Source of the DNA: Eledone cirrhosa
Taxonomy: Eukaryota
Reading direction: 5' to 3'
Length of the DNA: 64,000 bases
NCBI GenBank assembly: GCA_964016885.1
Contig: OZ024740.1
Span: 347,076,001 to 347,140,000 of the forward strand
Shown: positions 42,074 through 56,317 of the stretch, piece by piece
Layout of the letters: every line of letters starts with the position of its first letter
Position numbering within the stretch: position 1 is the first letter of the stretch
Translations under genes and position numbers: made by a program
Notes under the pieces: model-generated
The model's input: only the letters and a program-made list of their open reading frames with translations
Told to the model about the DNA's origin: nothing
Database searches by the model: none

Positions 42074-44389
42074 TCCTGGGTTCAATCGGGGGTAATCACA
42101 GTAAGTAAGGAACACAATATGTTAGTAGAGTTGAAGCCATTTCCATATTAAATATTCTCTAATTTTATAGTCGCTGTTATTGTTTTATCCATTATCAATT
42201 CTCGTGTAGCATATCGTATGTTGATCACAGTTACTCTGATTGGGATCATTTTTATATTTGAGGGCTATTTTAATGTTACTTGTCAACTGTGTAGTGAGAG
42301 AATTGTTGTTTATTTTGTTATATTCGTGGGTATCACTCTTTACATTTGTATTTCTGTTTGTTTTTAAGGAAATGCGTTGTGAACTAGCTTATTCGACGTT
42401 TATTTTAGTAAATTGTATGTGTTCAGATAAATTAAAGATAAGTATGGAATGCTCACAGCACTTCCCATCTCTGAGCCACATTCATATTTAGGAAGGAAAC
42501 GTTTCATATCACACATTATGCCCAATATTGTGATGGTGTTTTGAAAGAGAACTATTTTTTAAGAGCGTACAGCCTATTCACATTCACACAAGGATCCATT
42601 TTCGATTTCCTGATGGATGTTGCTTCACTTCACATTGACGAAGAATGCCTTTGAGTTATCTGCAGAAGCCATGCAACAGTGCCCCACTTCCAAGCGAAAT
42701 ACACATGTACAGTTATATATCAATGTAGTTTTGTATGATTATTCTTTGCAGACACCGTAAGCCCATTCCACAACAGGGTTACAAAATTAGATTTAAGATT
42801 TTTATTTCATCCCTCAAAGTTTTTTTTTTATTTCCACTCAAATGCAAAATAGTAATTGCTTTTTTTATCTGAGTTTTTAAATTGTAGATAAAATCGAAAC
42901 ATTCATGCTTTATTCCCAGAATATTACCGACGGAACGGTAAATTAGGAATCGAGCCTGAGATCGTGAAATCTATTTGCCAGTAAAAGATCTCTATTTTCA
43001 CAATGATTTCGCCCCTATCTCCAAAAGAAAATTCAGAAATTAATATCCCATAGGAACTACTGTAGACACCACAAATAAAAACAATATATTTTTTTTCTCG
43101 TTTTCCTTAATATTAAATTTGTTGTTGGTGAAGAATAAATTACATACTTGCATATACTCAATTGAATGAATAATCACATATAATTCATAGTGCTAGTGTC
43201 CATACGAATGGGCAAGAATACTTAACTCTACATGACAGTCAATCTTCAAAATGCAGAATGTAAATTTCCTAGTTCACGTGAATGTTAACATTGTAATTTC
43301 CGATTTAATTATTTCAATCCCTTACAACTTGGAGAATTTAATTTTGATTTTCTTCTGAACATCTTCTTGAAAGATTCTTTTGCATGAGACATACATTTAA
43401 AATCCATTAAGTTCCTAGAATAATTTAAAGACAGATCCCATGTTTGCAAAAGTATTTTTTAAATATATTATTTAAAAACAGACCGTGAATTGCGTTCAGA
43501 TTTTATTCCATACATCGGAAAACGAGATTACAATATGTTTTTTGGCTTAATGAGATTCATGATTCGGAATATAATGAGCATTCTATATGTCAAATAATCA
43601 GATATTATTTTGGCAGCTTATAGAAAGCAGAGAATGGACAAATTCAGTGTTTTATACACGTTTCTATTATGTTGTACTTTGTTCATATTTATTTATAATG
43701 CTTCAGCATATTGAAGAGATGGAATAGTGATGTTGATAAAATGTTGGACTAACTGCTCATGGGTTATGAGTTCTGATCTGTAATAAGCATCTATTAATTT
43801 TCTGAACTCAGAGTGTCTTAACAACTAACAATAGATGTAGTGTTACATATGAATTACGATTATAATGGCAACATTGTCAACATATAGGTTGAAAGAACTT
43901 GCGAAATCATTGCGTTTTGCGATGATGAAATAAAATTATCTAACGGAGTTCTTAACCAGGTATGTAAATGGTCATGTGCTCCACGATATGCTTTAACCGT
44001 TATTATAGTGGGATGTGTCAAATAAGATTAATAAGCTATAACTAAATACGAATATTTGAATAAATGCTCGCATGGAAGCATGTAGAACACAAAGAGGTGA
44101 ATACTATATAGAACAAACCGAGATTCTCTATCTAGCTTCCACCATACACTTTTATATAATAAAACCATCTATTTGGTGTGAATTTCGCAATAACAGACCA
44201 CATACCTAGATATCTGTCCTTGATATTGAGATTGAGATTGCCGAACACAAGAGATATATTTGCACATGGGCAAATATATATTGTTACTGATAATCTTTAC
44301 TATAGGTACAGTCACAAATCGAAAAATATCCCCACCATTGTGTACACTTCTCTCTTCCAGCGCATGCACCTGTATATATATATAATAAC

Positions 44390-44703
44390 AATAATAATAC
44401 AAGGGCGATTTGCTTGCCCTCATTACGTTTCTTGGTTGGTGACGGACGTTTCGCTATTGATCAGCTCAAGGTTCGATCTGTATTGATCTCGCCCGACTCT
44501 CGAATCAAAAGCTCGTCGGACCTCTGATGTTGTAAGGATAGAATGAACACATTCTTATTACAACAGCAGAGTTCCGATGAGCTTTTGATTCCAGAGTCGG
44601 GACAGATCAATACAGATCGAAGCATGAGCTGATCAATAGCGAAACGTTCGTCACCAATCAATAAACGTAATGAAGGCATAACAAATCATCCTTATATTAT
44701 TGT
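44390..44703. mobile_element. Fold-back palindrome of family X pLTR, HHR-like motif in each arm (44438-44522 -, 44571-44655 +)
   Basis: ~145-bp reverse-complement arms; G(G/T)T-CCGA(C/T)GA-GCT..AGC-GAAA-CGT(C/T)CG-TC-ACC. Confidence 0.8.
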
Positions 44704-45475
44704 ATTTACACTCTGTTTAGCTCTACACCTCTCTACAGACGTGAATCTAAACATCGAGTGCTCACCTGGGTGAACCTACAGTAACTCCACGTTATACTCA
44801 CTGGATATATATATATATATGTATATATATAATATGAGATTATAGTGTATTCACAATTTCCATTGGTAAGATGTGAGGAGCACGATGTACTTCACCGTTC
44901 TCTGTGATTAAGGGCAGTTCATGTTGCAGGGCATTTAAATTTCAAAATGTTAAAAACCCAAAGATAGGAAATTATTATTTATTCAAACATCTGTATGAAC
45001 GTTTCAACACGGCTCGAATATTGCAGCTATTTGCGGAGAAACTGGAGATTACCAGTTAACAATTAATACCATCACAGGTGCTTTATCCTAAACGTATCTC
45101 TTCAGGTAATATAGAACCAAATAACAAATATTTGTCTTCTGGTATTAATTTATTGTTAATTTGCTCTATATATTTCCTGAGATATCAATTATTGATACTT
45201 TGGACAAGTATCCATTGAGCTTTTCTACTGAGAGACATAATTATCATACATATTATACATGTTATTGTACCATAACATAGTACATATCTGCTCCAAATGC
45301 TTGATTTGTTGAGCTGTTTATATTGTGATTAGTACCTCGCATCTCTTTCTAGCGGATGCGAAGTCCATTCCTGCTACCACAGTCAAAATGTACTTCACAC
45401 CAGTATGTGATCATTTCGATTAATTCTCGGAACTGGACAGATATAAAGGTACATTTGTACTTTATTATTGGATCT

Positions 45476-45686
45476 GTTGGCACTAGGCCAGCAATTATCC
45501 CAGTGTATTACTGGTACTTTATTTTATCGACCCCGTAAGGATGAAAGGCAAAGTTAACCTCGGCGAGATGGTCTGAGTTCAAATCCCGCCGAGGTTAACT
45601 TTGCCTTTCATCATTATGGGGTCGATAAAATAAAGTACCAGTAATACACTGAAATAATTGCTGGCCTTGTGCCAAACCTAGAAACA
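45476..45686 (+). mobile_element. SINE insertion with 5' inverted duplication and 12-bp TSD
   Basis: 45478-45569 is the reverse complement of ~45583-45675; ATTATTGGATCT at 45464-45475 and 45687-45698. Confidence 0.88.
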
Positions 45687-46215
45687 ATTATTGGATCTTA
45701 TCCAAAGATGATTTCCTCTGATAATTATTTTCGCGTCTTCCGTGGATTTACCAACATTAATAGTTGGTAGCTGACAATCAATTACTTAATTCGATTTTTG
45801 TCTCGGGTCTACGAACTATGAAACATTACGGTAAGGAATGTAAGAATTTTCCACCTTAGAGTATGTACTTTTTCCTAAGTATCATATGCTTTATATATGT
45901 ACAAATATTATGTTCTCTGACAAAATATAGCTTTTTCTGTATCTATGTATATATGTCTGAATATTTGAATTATATATATATATTGTTACATTTTGTTATA
46001 TTTGGGGATTGTTATATTGCCATTATAGTCAATAAAATCATAGACACAATTTGATTTACAATTAATTATTAGTCACATATTCTGTGACGTCTTCAATAAC
46101 AAATTGTTTTCCTTTGTGATTCCTCGGCTCTCTGGTTTATTTGTTTTCACAAGAGACAAGATGGTGTAAACAAAACAAAACCAGAAAGAAGAGGCGGCAC
46201 AGGCGAAAACAAATA

Positions 46216-46258
46216 GACATTGAGGAGGTTACACGATGTGTAACGAAAAGCCTTTGGC
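46216..46258 (+). ncRNA. Degenerate minimal HHR, same architecture as 18271
   Basis: GACA-TTGAGGA-G-GTTACAC-gat-GTGTAAC-GAAA-AGCC-TT-TGGC; upstream CAAGATGGTGTA resembles CAAAATGGCGTA near 18213. Confidence 0.6.
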
Positions 46259-46570
46259 GAACTAAATAATAACTAATGATAAAACTGAAGTGAAAATCGC
46301 AATCAAATAGACCGTTTGTTTTAAAGAGTAATATAAGCAATATGACCACTCCCTAATAAAAAAAATATATGTTTTAACACAAGCTTTCACATCAAGAATC
46401 TTGCACGCCGAAAAAGATTCGGACCCCGTCACCCTGATAGTAACCTCGGTCGATCGATATCGAAACAATTGTAATATGCAAATAAAGTTTGTACATATGC
46501 CGCAATACCGACTTCTACTCTTTTAAATATATATATCGAATGTAGAAAAGTAACACATGAGTTGATATAG

Positions 46571-46681
<111 letters not shown>

Positions 46682-47902
46682 CGTGCGTGTGTGTGTGTGT
46701 GAGTATTTAAATATCCTGCTTTTTCAAATTTCCACACGTTAATTAAATGAGCACTCATGACGATTTATGATAGGATCAGACTGCTTTGTGCAAATGTATG
46801 TTCAACTAGTTAGTAGTAGAAGGTAAGCAGATTTGAAAGTCTATGTAATGGGATACATTGTAAGTGTGTCTGTCCACTGAAAATATACAAATGAATTCTC
46901 CATCAAATTATCACACTGATATCAAAGATACACAGTGATCAGTATTTCCCCAAAATTTCTGACTGTACGTACACTATCATTTTTATAAAAGAAAGAAAAG
47001 TTTTCCCTTCTTACTCTTTTCACACTCTATATTTCTATTTCATCTTTTATTTACTACTCTTCCTTCTAATGAAAGACTAGTGCGTGGAACATAAAGACAC
47101 CTTTCCTACTATATCAGGCGTTAAACTAAAATATTTCTTCATTGTGCTGTGTTGTTTTCTTTGTTGCTGAATGTACACACACTCGCACATACACACACAC
47201 ACACATACACAAACACACACACACACACACATACATACATATATATATATATATACATATATGTGGAGTGTTTTTTTCCATTTCCTGAATTCAATGATTC
47301 GTATGCGGTCATGCTGGGAAAGGTATACATCAAAACAGAGAGAGAGTGGGTGAAAGAGATGGGTTACAGATGTGAGAGGGTAGAGAAGAGGTGAAAGAAA
47401 GAACGTATCTGGGAAAGGGTCAGATATAAATATTTCAATAGAGGAAAATCTTACAATGCATGAATTTCTGTGTATATCATCGCATACATATTCAGTCCAG
47501 ACATTTCCATTAAAATTAACATTTTCATGCGTAAAACTATAAATACACGTGTGTATAAATGCACACGGTCATGTATATATATGTGTGTGTGTGTGCGTGT
47601 GCGTGCGTACTTATATATATATACATATATACACACTGCCATCTTGTTTGGTGCCAATTTAAGAGAACGTCCAACTTTGTCAACATGTGCCCTGGAAATA
47701 AAACAAAAATCGATTGAATGTAATTTATTTGATAATATATTGACTGGATAGAAGAAGGAAAAAAACGCCCTAAGTATACATCGTAATTCCATGCATAGTA
47801 AGTATGAAAAAAATGTAGAATCTACATATTTTGCTTGTAGAGAAGCTAGGGGAAACTTAACACTGCTGTTAATTTCAATTCGGCATCAGCGAAGCAGTTA
47901 GA

Positions 47903-47904
<2 letters not shown>

Positions 47905-47977
<73 letters not shown>

Positions 47978-47992
47978 AAGAAGAAGAAGAAG
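47905..47992. repeat. (TAA)n(GAA)n at the 3' end of Tx1-like element 1
   Basis: Direct inspection. Confidence 0.95.
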
Positions 47993-50900
47993 AATGCTTT
48001 CTTTATTAACCACAAGAGTTTACATAAAGTAGACATTAAGGACAGTACAGGACAATACAGGACGGTACAAATGGGCATTTCTGCGTGTAAAAAAAACAGA
48101 GGATGTAATATAAAAAAATAACAATAAAAAATTCCCCAATAGGGGGGAGGCTTCCGAGGGACATTTGAGGAGAAAACCCATTAAAAGGCCAGAGTGACCC
48201 TGACCACCAGGGCAAGTGCCCTCTCCCAGTTTTCCATCTTTAATTTACAGACAGATACTCAGAGTAGGCCCATTCACACGGGCCATACATGCTTCTCTCA
48301 GCCATCTTTCAACAAAATGCTGGGAAGAGAGCACTTCCCTCTCTACCCTGATTTTCCTTTTCAAATGAAATTTGAAAAAGTTAATCAGGGCATCACCGAA
48401 GAGGTAAGTGCTCATCTTCAGCCCTTTCAAACGTGTCCACCATACTATCTCTTTCGCCATGGCCACCAGACAGATAAAAACTGCCTGCCCTTCCCGGCTA
48501 AAGGAAGAGAGCGGGGCAATCCTCACGATGGACTCAGCTGATAGCTGGATCCGTCCTACGTGACAGCAGGTGTTCGATATAAACCCACAAGTCATAAATG
48601 CTCGGACACTGGACGAGTGCGTGCAGGACGGTTTCGTCGCCCTGCTCGCATCTCGGACATGCCCGGCTAACGGCATCTCCATGCCTGTAGAGTTTATCCC
48701 GAACTGGCAAAGCTCCTCGGTAGCACTGCCAGGCCAGGGATTTCTGGAAGTTGTCCATAGGCCCCGGTCCCAAAGTCATTCCGAAGAGATTCGCTATTTG
48801 ATTTTCGTCGACGCCTATAGTTTCTCCAAGTACGTCGTCGTTCTTCCTCTCAACTAATCCTTTATAGAACGCCAAGGTGGAGTTTCCACCGATCACTTTG
48901 CCCGATTGGTCAAGGGCTGTGAGCGCCTGAAGACATTCCAGTCTCCAAGCGCTCCCTCTCGGTCTTTGCTTGACCCAGGACTGCAGCTCCGTCAAGGAGA
49001 TGAGCTGGGGAAAGACGTGTCTAGCAAACGGCGACCACACCTGATCACCGTCGAGAAAGGGGTGGAGATGTCGTAGCCTGAGCTCATGCCTGCGGATCAT
49101 CAGCCACGGCATGCCCAACCCTCCACGTAGCGGGTGTTGACAGCAGATGGACCGCCTGACCATCGGAGCGCGTCCTTTCCACAAAAAGCGAAAGAGCAAA
49201 CGCTCCAGCGCAGTCAGGCGGGGCTTAGGACAAGGTACGACGGTCAGACGGTAGTAGATGACAGACGCGATGTACGCGTTAGCCACGTCCGCTCGACCTT
49301 TCAGGGATAGCTTCCTCTTCGCCCATTTCTGGGTGAGAGAAGCCACCCTGCTCGTCGCCTCGTCCCAGTTTTTGTCCGTCTGGAGGTCCGGACCGAACCA
49401 GGCACCTAACAATTTAACCGGTCCGTCCGTCCAGCGCCCGACTACGCTGTTGGACGGCATGGACCTGCCTCTCCAGGTGCAGAGCTGCAGGCCCACTGAC
49501 GTTTCCTGGTTGAACATTGCTCCTGTCACCGCTTCGTATTCTCTTAGTGTAGTGCCGATCGCCTTGATGTGTTTGGCGTTCGACACCACTACGGTGACAT
49601 CGTCCGCATATGCTGACACGGATCTTCCGCATCCCAGTTCGCGCGGGACACCCTCAACGTCTCCAGTTTGTACAGTAATGACTCGAGAGTCAATACGTAC
49701 AAGAGGGACGAGAGGGGACATCCTTAGCGGACCGAGCGCATGATGTTGAATGGTTCCGAAAGGTGACCGTTCACTCTCACCACAGAGCAGGTGTCGCTGT
49801 GCATGGCAGCGTCCAGCCTCTGAAGACGGGCCCAAAACCAGCCGCCCTCAGGACTGCCGCTAGGTATCGATGGTCGACCCTATCGAAAGCTTTCGACTGA
49901 TCTAAATTGATCAAGGACCCACCCGTGCCAGGTTCCCTAGCTACCCTCTCTACGATGTATCGCATGAGGTGGAGGTTGTCATGGATGAATCTGTCGGGAA
50001 TGGCGCACGTCTGCGCAACTCCCACCAGACCACCAACGACAAGCGCCAACCTCTTTGCTAGCACCTTGGCCAAAATCTTGAACTCTGTGTTTAGCAGAGT
50101 TATGGACCTGAAATTATCCATGTTATCCCCCTTGTTCGGATCCTTTCTCAGCAGCTCCACAGCTCCTCGGCTCACAGAGCTGGGAATTCTCCCGTTCTGT
50201 TGCCAGTTGCAGTAGACGTCCGCCAAGAGGCCTCCGAACATGTCTGGCATCTGTACGTAAAGTTCATAGGGCAGACCATCCAATCCAGGCGATTTACCCC
50301 TTGTGCAGCCAGTCATTGCCTCCCGTACTTCAGCGGCTGTGATCGGCTTTTCGCAACACTCCGCCTCAGTGGCCGAGAGCCGCGGCAGTCCGTCGAGGTA
50401 GACACTAAAGTCCATCCCTCGATCCGGCCCACCGCTGCACCCGAACAGCTGTGCGAAGTGTCGCTGAAAAGCTTCACACATTTGCCCGGAATCGAGTAGC
50501 ATGCGTCCATCGTGGTCCATCAAAGACCAGATCGTGGCTTTGTTGCCACGACGCGCCTCCGACACTCGGGCCCATTGAACGGCTTTCGTCCCCTCGTGTC
50601 TGAGAGCACGCACCCTAGCTCTGACAACGCAGCCTTCGTGCTTTGCATTGAAGAATTGGTCAAGGGCCAATTTCGCCGCAAGTACGTCGGTCGCGATGCC
50701 TTTGCTAAGCGCCTCGTCTAATGTTCTAACTAATTCTCCCTCTGCTCTATTTTTCTCTATTGCTAAAGCCTTGCTAAACCTAATGGACTCTATTCTAATT
50801 GCTCTTTTCAGAGCAAACCTACACTTGTTGTTGAAGATGGCCCCCCTCAACGCCCGCTTAAATAGTTCGCTAATCCGGTCTCTGTAGGCCTTGCGCGCTG

Positions 50901-53433
50901 GTAAGGACGCGTTTAACTTCCAGTAGCCGGATCCTCGTCTATGAAGCCTATCTAAGTCAAACACACAGAGCACGAATTTGTGGTCCGTGTAGCTGACTAT
51001 CTTGAATTGTGGACAGCCTATGCTAGACCTATCTATTTCCCTACAAAATACTCTATCTGGATATGATCTGGATGACCCTATGCGATTTGTCCAAGTCCAC
51101 ATTGACACATTCGGGAAATCCAATCTGTACCTGTCAGACAGTTCAAAACACCTGAGTAGGTTCGTGAGGCTCTTGCACCCTCCTCCCCTATCCACTAATC
51201 CCACACAGATCCCGGTCCTGTCGCCCACTAACACTAAAGAGCGGGACGTTCCAAGAAAGGTCGCCAGACGCCGGAAGAAATCAGGCCGCCCTGCTCCTGT
51301 CGTGGCATAGATAACCACTAGCCTGAAAGCTTGCCCGTCTCCGCTGGTCACGTCCAGTACCACCAACTTACCTTCTGGGTCCAGGAAGATGGCCCGTATG
51401 GCGAGATCCAAACCTCTCCGAAAAAGCACTGCAACTCCTCCCCCCGATCCCGGACGGCTGGGAGATGCGTACACATCGTAGCCGCCGAAGATCGGTGCGA
51501 AGGCCCGTGCTTCGGAGATTCTGATTCGTGTATGTTTTCTGTGTGATACGAGTGATTTGTATGTGCGGAGGTGGTGTGAACTTTTGGGTTGTTATGTAGT
51601 CTTTTTCTGTGATGCTGATGTTGTCTTGGATGTAGCATAATAATTGTTTCTTGTTCAAATTTAATGCTGTGTAGTGTGTATCGTTTTGGTTATTTTGTTT
51701 TGTTTCCGTTTGTTGTGGGTTTGTTTCTGTTTCGCTTTTTGATGACTTTTGTGGTGTTGGTGATGGTGGTGTTGGGGTTAATGATGGTGATGATGTTGGT
51801 GTTTGTGGTGATGGGGTTGGTGATGCTGGTGTAGATGGTGGCATATCTGTCCTAACTTTTTTGTTTGATAGCTTATTTGTTTCCTTCTGTATTTTGTTTT
51901 TGGAGGGGGAGGGAAGAATTGTTTTCTTTTTTTTTTTTTCCTGATACCGTTTCCCACTCCTTATCGTCACAATCTGTTTCCAGTTGCGATAAGCCGGGAG
52001 TGGAAAATCCTCCACAGGCGTTGGTTTTGGTTGTGGCGTGGTGGATGGTGTAGGCGCTGGTGCTAGTTCTGGCGCGTTGGATGGTGGTGGTGTTTGTTTT
52101 GCTACTGTTGCTGGGGTTGTTGCTGTTACAGTTGCTTCTGTTGTTGCTGCTACAGTTGTTGCTGCCATCTCTGCTGCTGGTGGTGTTGATGGTTGAGTCA
52201 CTGTGGTGGGTAAGAGAGGTGGCCTCAACCTTTTAGCCTGAGGGCAGAAAGCCCTTAGGTGGGTTCCTTGACCACAAACGACAAACCTAGGCCTTCTACC
52301 TTAACGATTACGGTGAGATGGCTGCTGTCAGTGAGGTCTATTACCTCTGGGATCTCCTCAATGCTTTTTTGGTCCGCTTGGAACAGGAGCTCCATCCCAG
52401 ATCCGGACCAATTCTCCTGCTTTTCTTTTGTTATTTCAATTATTTTCCTGTTGGCCTCGATGCCAGCGAGGACGCAGCTATTAGCCAGGGAATTTTGTTT
52501 GCTGGTGGAACGTGGGTCACCCTGATCTTCACGAGTCTCTGCTTACAATAGTTTGGGACGAGTGTGAAGTTGTCGCTTCTTAATAGGCCATGGAGTGCTC
52601 TCTGGCTTCCTGTCGTGTTCCAAAGAACACGTCCACGGTTCCATATTTCTGCCCACGTCTGATTTGGGGTTTTTTCGCTCACACATGCTCCAAAGCTTTT
52701 TGTATTTGCGACTCGGATGCCCGTTCCACTCAGCGTGATTTTGTTGTGTTTATCGTCCGATAAGACACGGTGCATAGGCGCCGATGCTCCATGTTATTAG
52801 GTGTGGTGTGTGTGTGTAGGGGGGTGTTTCTCTACCCATCTTTTTTTTTACCATTCTCTTGGCTTCATTTAATTCATCCTGGCTTACCTCGATTGTTTCG
52901 CTTTTCTTGGCTGCTTTGGCAACCGACACATTTGCGGTGGTGTTGCTGTTTTAGTTGTTATTCTCATTGTTGTTGTTGCTGTTGTTGTTATTGTTAAATT
53001 TCGTTATTGTTAATTTTAGTTTCAGTTTTGGTCGTGGTGGCGTCAGTGGTATTCGGTGTGGAAGAATCGATTCTGGGTGAATCCATTTCGATGTCACGAG
53101 ATAATAATTTATTTTTTTCTTTTGTTTCTGTTGTTGCTGTGGTGGTGGTGGGGGTGGCGGCTTTAACACCTGCAGTTATTGGTAATGGCGGGAAATGAAT
53201 GTCTGCATGAGACAAATTTATATTATTGCTACTGCTTATATTTTTAGTGTTGGCAAACGTAGTAATATTTACAATGGTGGTGTTGGTGTTAGGTGTTAGT
53301 TTGTGAGGAAGGCCGTTACCTGGTGTGGCTGTGAGTCGTCCATGATTTTTTTCAAAGAAAGTTTTTGTTTCATAATTATAAAAGTTTAAATTTTGGGCTC
53401 AAGGCCCCAATCTTTTTGAGTGTCTTTTTCCGA
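47993..53433 (-). mobile_element. Tx1-like (L1-clade) LINE 1, near full-length with internal deletions
   Basis: ORF1 from ATG ~53343 with VCGQGTHLRAFCP knuckle remnant; ORF2 APE and RT; AATAAA at 48002-48007 on the minus strand. Confidence 0.9.
48245..51520 (-). pseudogene. ORF2 APE endonuclease-reverse transcriptase of Tx1-like element 1
   Basis: GGGVAVL, YTDH, YWKLN, KSPGLDG, ITLLNTEFKILAK, DQSKAFDRVDH, AYADD, GGLGMP, CPRC..ETVLH..C; frameshifts; N-terminus deleted. Confidence 0.92.
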
Positions 53434-56286
53434 ATGACAGCACTTCCGTGCCTGTAGAGTTCCGAGTGCGTCGTCGCACTTGCCCACCACTAATCCTCTA
53501 TAGAACACGAGAGTGGAAGTTCCGCTGACCGCATTGCCCGCCTAGTAGAGGGCAGTGAGTGCCTGGCAACATTCCAGATGCCAGTCACCCAGTCTCGGTC
53601 TCTTCTTGACTCAGGACTGCAACTCAGTCAAAGAAACGAGGTGCGGAAAGGCCCGTCTGACAAACGGCGACCACACCTGTTCATCGTTTAGGCAGAATAT
53701 CTGGAGATGCCGCAGCCTCAGCGCGTGCCTGCGCATCATTAGCCACCGCATGCCCAGCCCTCCACGTAGAGGGTGCTGGCAGCAGATGGACCGCCTCACC
53801 AGCGGAACCTGACCCCTCCACAAGAATTTGAAGAGGAGCCGCTCCAAGATGGCGAGGCGCGAACGGGAGCAAGGGATGACGGTAGTAGATGACGGACGCG
53901 ATGTCCGCGTTCGCCACCTCCGCCCGACCTTTCAGTGATAGCTTCATCCCAGCTCATTTCTGGGTGAGACTGACTACCTGCCCGTCACCTCGTCCCAATT
54001 CTTATCCACCTGGAGGTCTGGCCCGAACCAAACCCCGAGCAAATTTACCGGTCCGTCCGTCCAGCGCCTAACGACACTGTTGAACGGCATGGACTTGCCT
54101 CTGCAGGTGCCGAGCTGCAAGCCCACCGACTTTTCCGGGTTAAGTTTTGCTCCCACAACCTTTCATATTCCTCCAATAAGTTGCCGACCACCTCCATTTC
54201 TGAGGTGTCCGACACCATCACGGTGATGTCGTCCGCATAAGCCGACACAGCCTTTCCGCGTCCCGGTTCAATCGGGATGCCCTGCAACAGCTCCAGCTTC
54301 CGCAGTAAAGGCTCAAGAGTCAATACGTACAGAAGGGAGGAGAGAGGGAATCCTTGACGGACCGATCAGGAAACCTGAAACGGTTCCGAGAGGTGGCCAT
54401 TAATTTTGACCACCGAGCAGGTGCCGCTGTGCATTGCAGCGATCCAGCTTCTGAAGACGGGGCCGAAGCCAGCCGCCATGAGGACAGCCTTCAGTACCGA
54501 TGGTCGACCCTATCGAATGCTTTCGATTGATCTAAATTTATCAGAGCCCCACCGAAGCCAGGTTTACACCCTACCCTCTCTATGATGTATCGCATTAGGT
54601 GGAGGTTGTCGTGTATGGACCTGGTTGGGATTGCGGAAGTTTGCGCCTCCCCAACCAATCCCCGACGACAAGCGCCAACCTCTTCGCTAACACCCTGGCC
54701 AAAATCTTAAACTCTGTGTTGAGCAGAGTTATGGGCCTGAACTTGTCTAATGTTTCCCTCTTGTTCTCGTCTTTCCTTAGCGTCACTACGCCCCGGCTCA
54801 CAGAAATGGGAATATTCCCGTTTTGCTGCCAGTTGCTGTAGAGGGCTTCGAGGAGATTGGAGAACAAGTCTGGCATATTTACGTAAAGTTCGTAGGGCAG
54901 ACCATCCAAACCGGGTGACTTGCGCCTCATGCAGCCGACAAGGGCATCCTAAATCTCGGCTGAAGTAATTGGCCTTTTGCAGCGCCCAGAGTCAGCCGTC
55001 GAGAGTTGCGGCAAGCCATCGAGGTAGGGACTGAAGTCCGCCACCATCTCTGACCCGCCACTTCCCCCGAACAACCGAGCAAAATGTTGGCGAAAGGCTT
55101 GACACATCCTCTTGGAATCGCTCAGCTCGTGCCCGTCTCGGTCCGTCAAAGACCGAATCGTGGTTTTATTACCACGCTGCGCCTCTGCCACGCGGGCCCA
55201 TCGAACAGCTTTGGTTCCCTCGTTTCTCAGAGCACGCGCCTTAGCTCTGACAATGCAATCTTCGTGTTTCGCATTGAAGAAATGGTCTAATGCCATTCTC
55301 GCCGCTAACATATCAGTTGCAATGCCACTACCAATAGCCTCGTTTAACTTATCTACCAACACCCCCTCCTTTCTATTTTTCTCTAATGCTACTTCTTTCC
55401 TAAACTCTATCGACATTACTCTAATCTCTCTTTTGAGAGCCCCCCACCATCTATTGTTGACGACTCCCCCTGTCAACTTTTTCTTAACTAAACTGTTGAC
55501 CTGGTCCCTGTAAGCCTTACGTACCGGAAATGACATGTTTAGCTTCCAGTAACCAGGTCCTAACCTACGCGTCTTATCTAGGTCGACCATACAGATCAGA
55601 AACTTGTGACCTGAATAGGCGACCGTTTCAAAACGTGGACAGCTTACACTATTTCTGTCTATTTTCCTAATGAATATCCTGTCTATATACTATCTAGATG
55701 ACCCTATGCGGTTAGCCCAGGTCCACAATGGCGCATTAGAGAAATCTAGTCGGTACCTGTCAGATAGTTGGAACTGGCTGATCAGGTTCTTGAGGCTTTT
55801 AAACCCCCCGCTCTTATCGGATACTCCCACACGGTCCTAGCGTGCGTCTAAGATGCCGTTCCAGTCCCCCGCTAACAGTAAAGGGCGAGACGTACCCAGA
55901 AAGGCTTCCAGGCGTCTAAAGAAGTCCGGCCGTCCTGCCCCAGTAGGAGCATAGACGGCCACCAGTCTAAAAGCACCACCTTCATTATTGTTCACGTCCA
56001 GGACCACCAACTTCCCGTCCGGGTCCCGGAAGATCGACCTTACCTCGAGATCCAGGCCTTTCCTAAACAGCACTGCCACCCCGCCTCCCATTCCCGGCCG
56101 GCTAACAGATGCAAAGTTCTGATAGTCGTCGAAAATAGGGGCTAGTGCGCCCGTGTCGGAAATCCTGGTCTCGCTGAGGGCAATTACATCCATTTCTATA
56201 GACCTGGGGTCGTTGAGAAGGTGACCCTGCTTCCAGGACGATCCCAGGCCTCGAACATTTAAACATCCTACACTTAATACGGCCAT
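53434..56286 (-). pseudogene. ORF2 APE-RT of Tx1-like element 2
   Basis: MAVLSVGCLNVRGL, LSETR, VYAP, GDWN, YWKLN, KSPGLDG, AYADD; stops and frameshifts. Confidence 0.92.
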
Positions 56287-56317
56287 GTTGGCAGGTTAAA
56301 CAGAGAGAGAGGAAGGT

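Noticed and set aside
43888-43959. Possible 72-nt exon (AG|VERTCEIIAFCDDEIKLSNGVLNQ|GTATGT)
   Set aside because: Good donor but weak acceptor, no recognisable protein and no partner exons
46399-46481. HHR-like ..GAT..ATC-GAAA-CAATTG-TA-ATATGCAA
   Set aside because: The 5' core is too degenerate (CCGAAAA) to call
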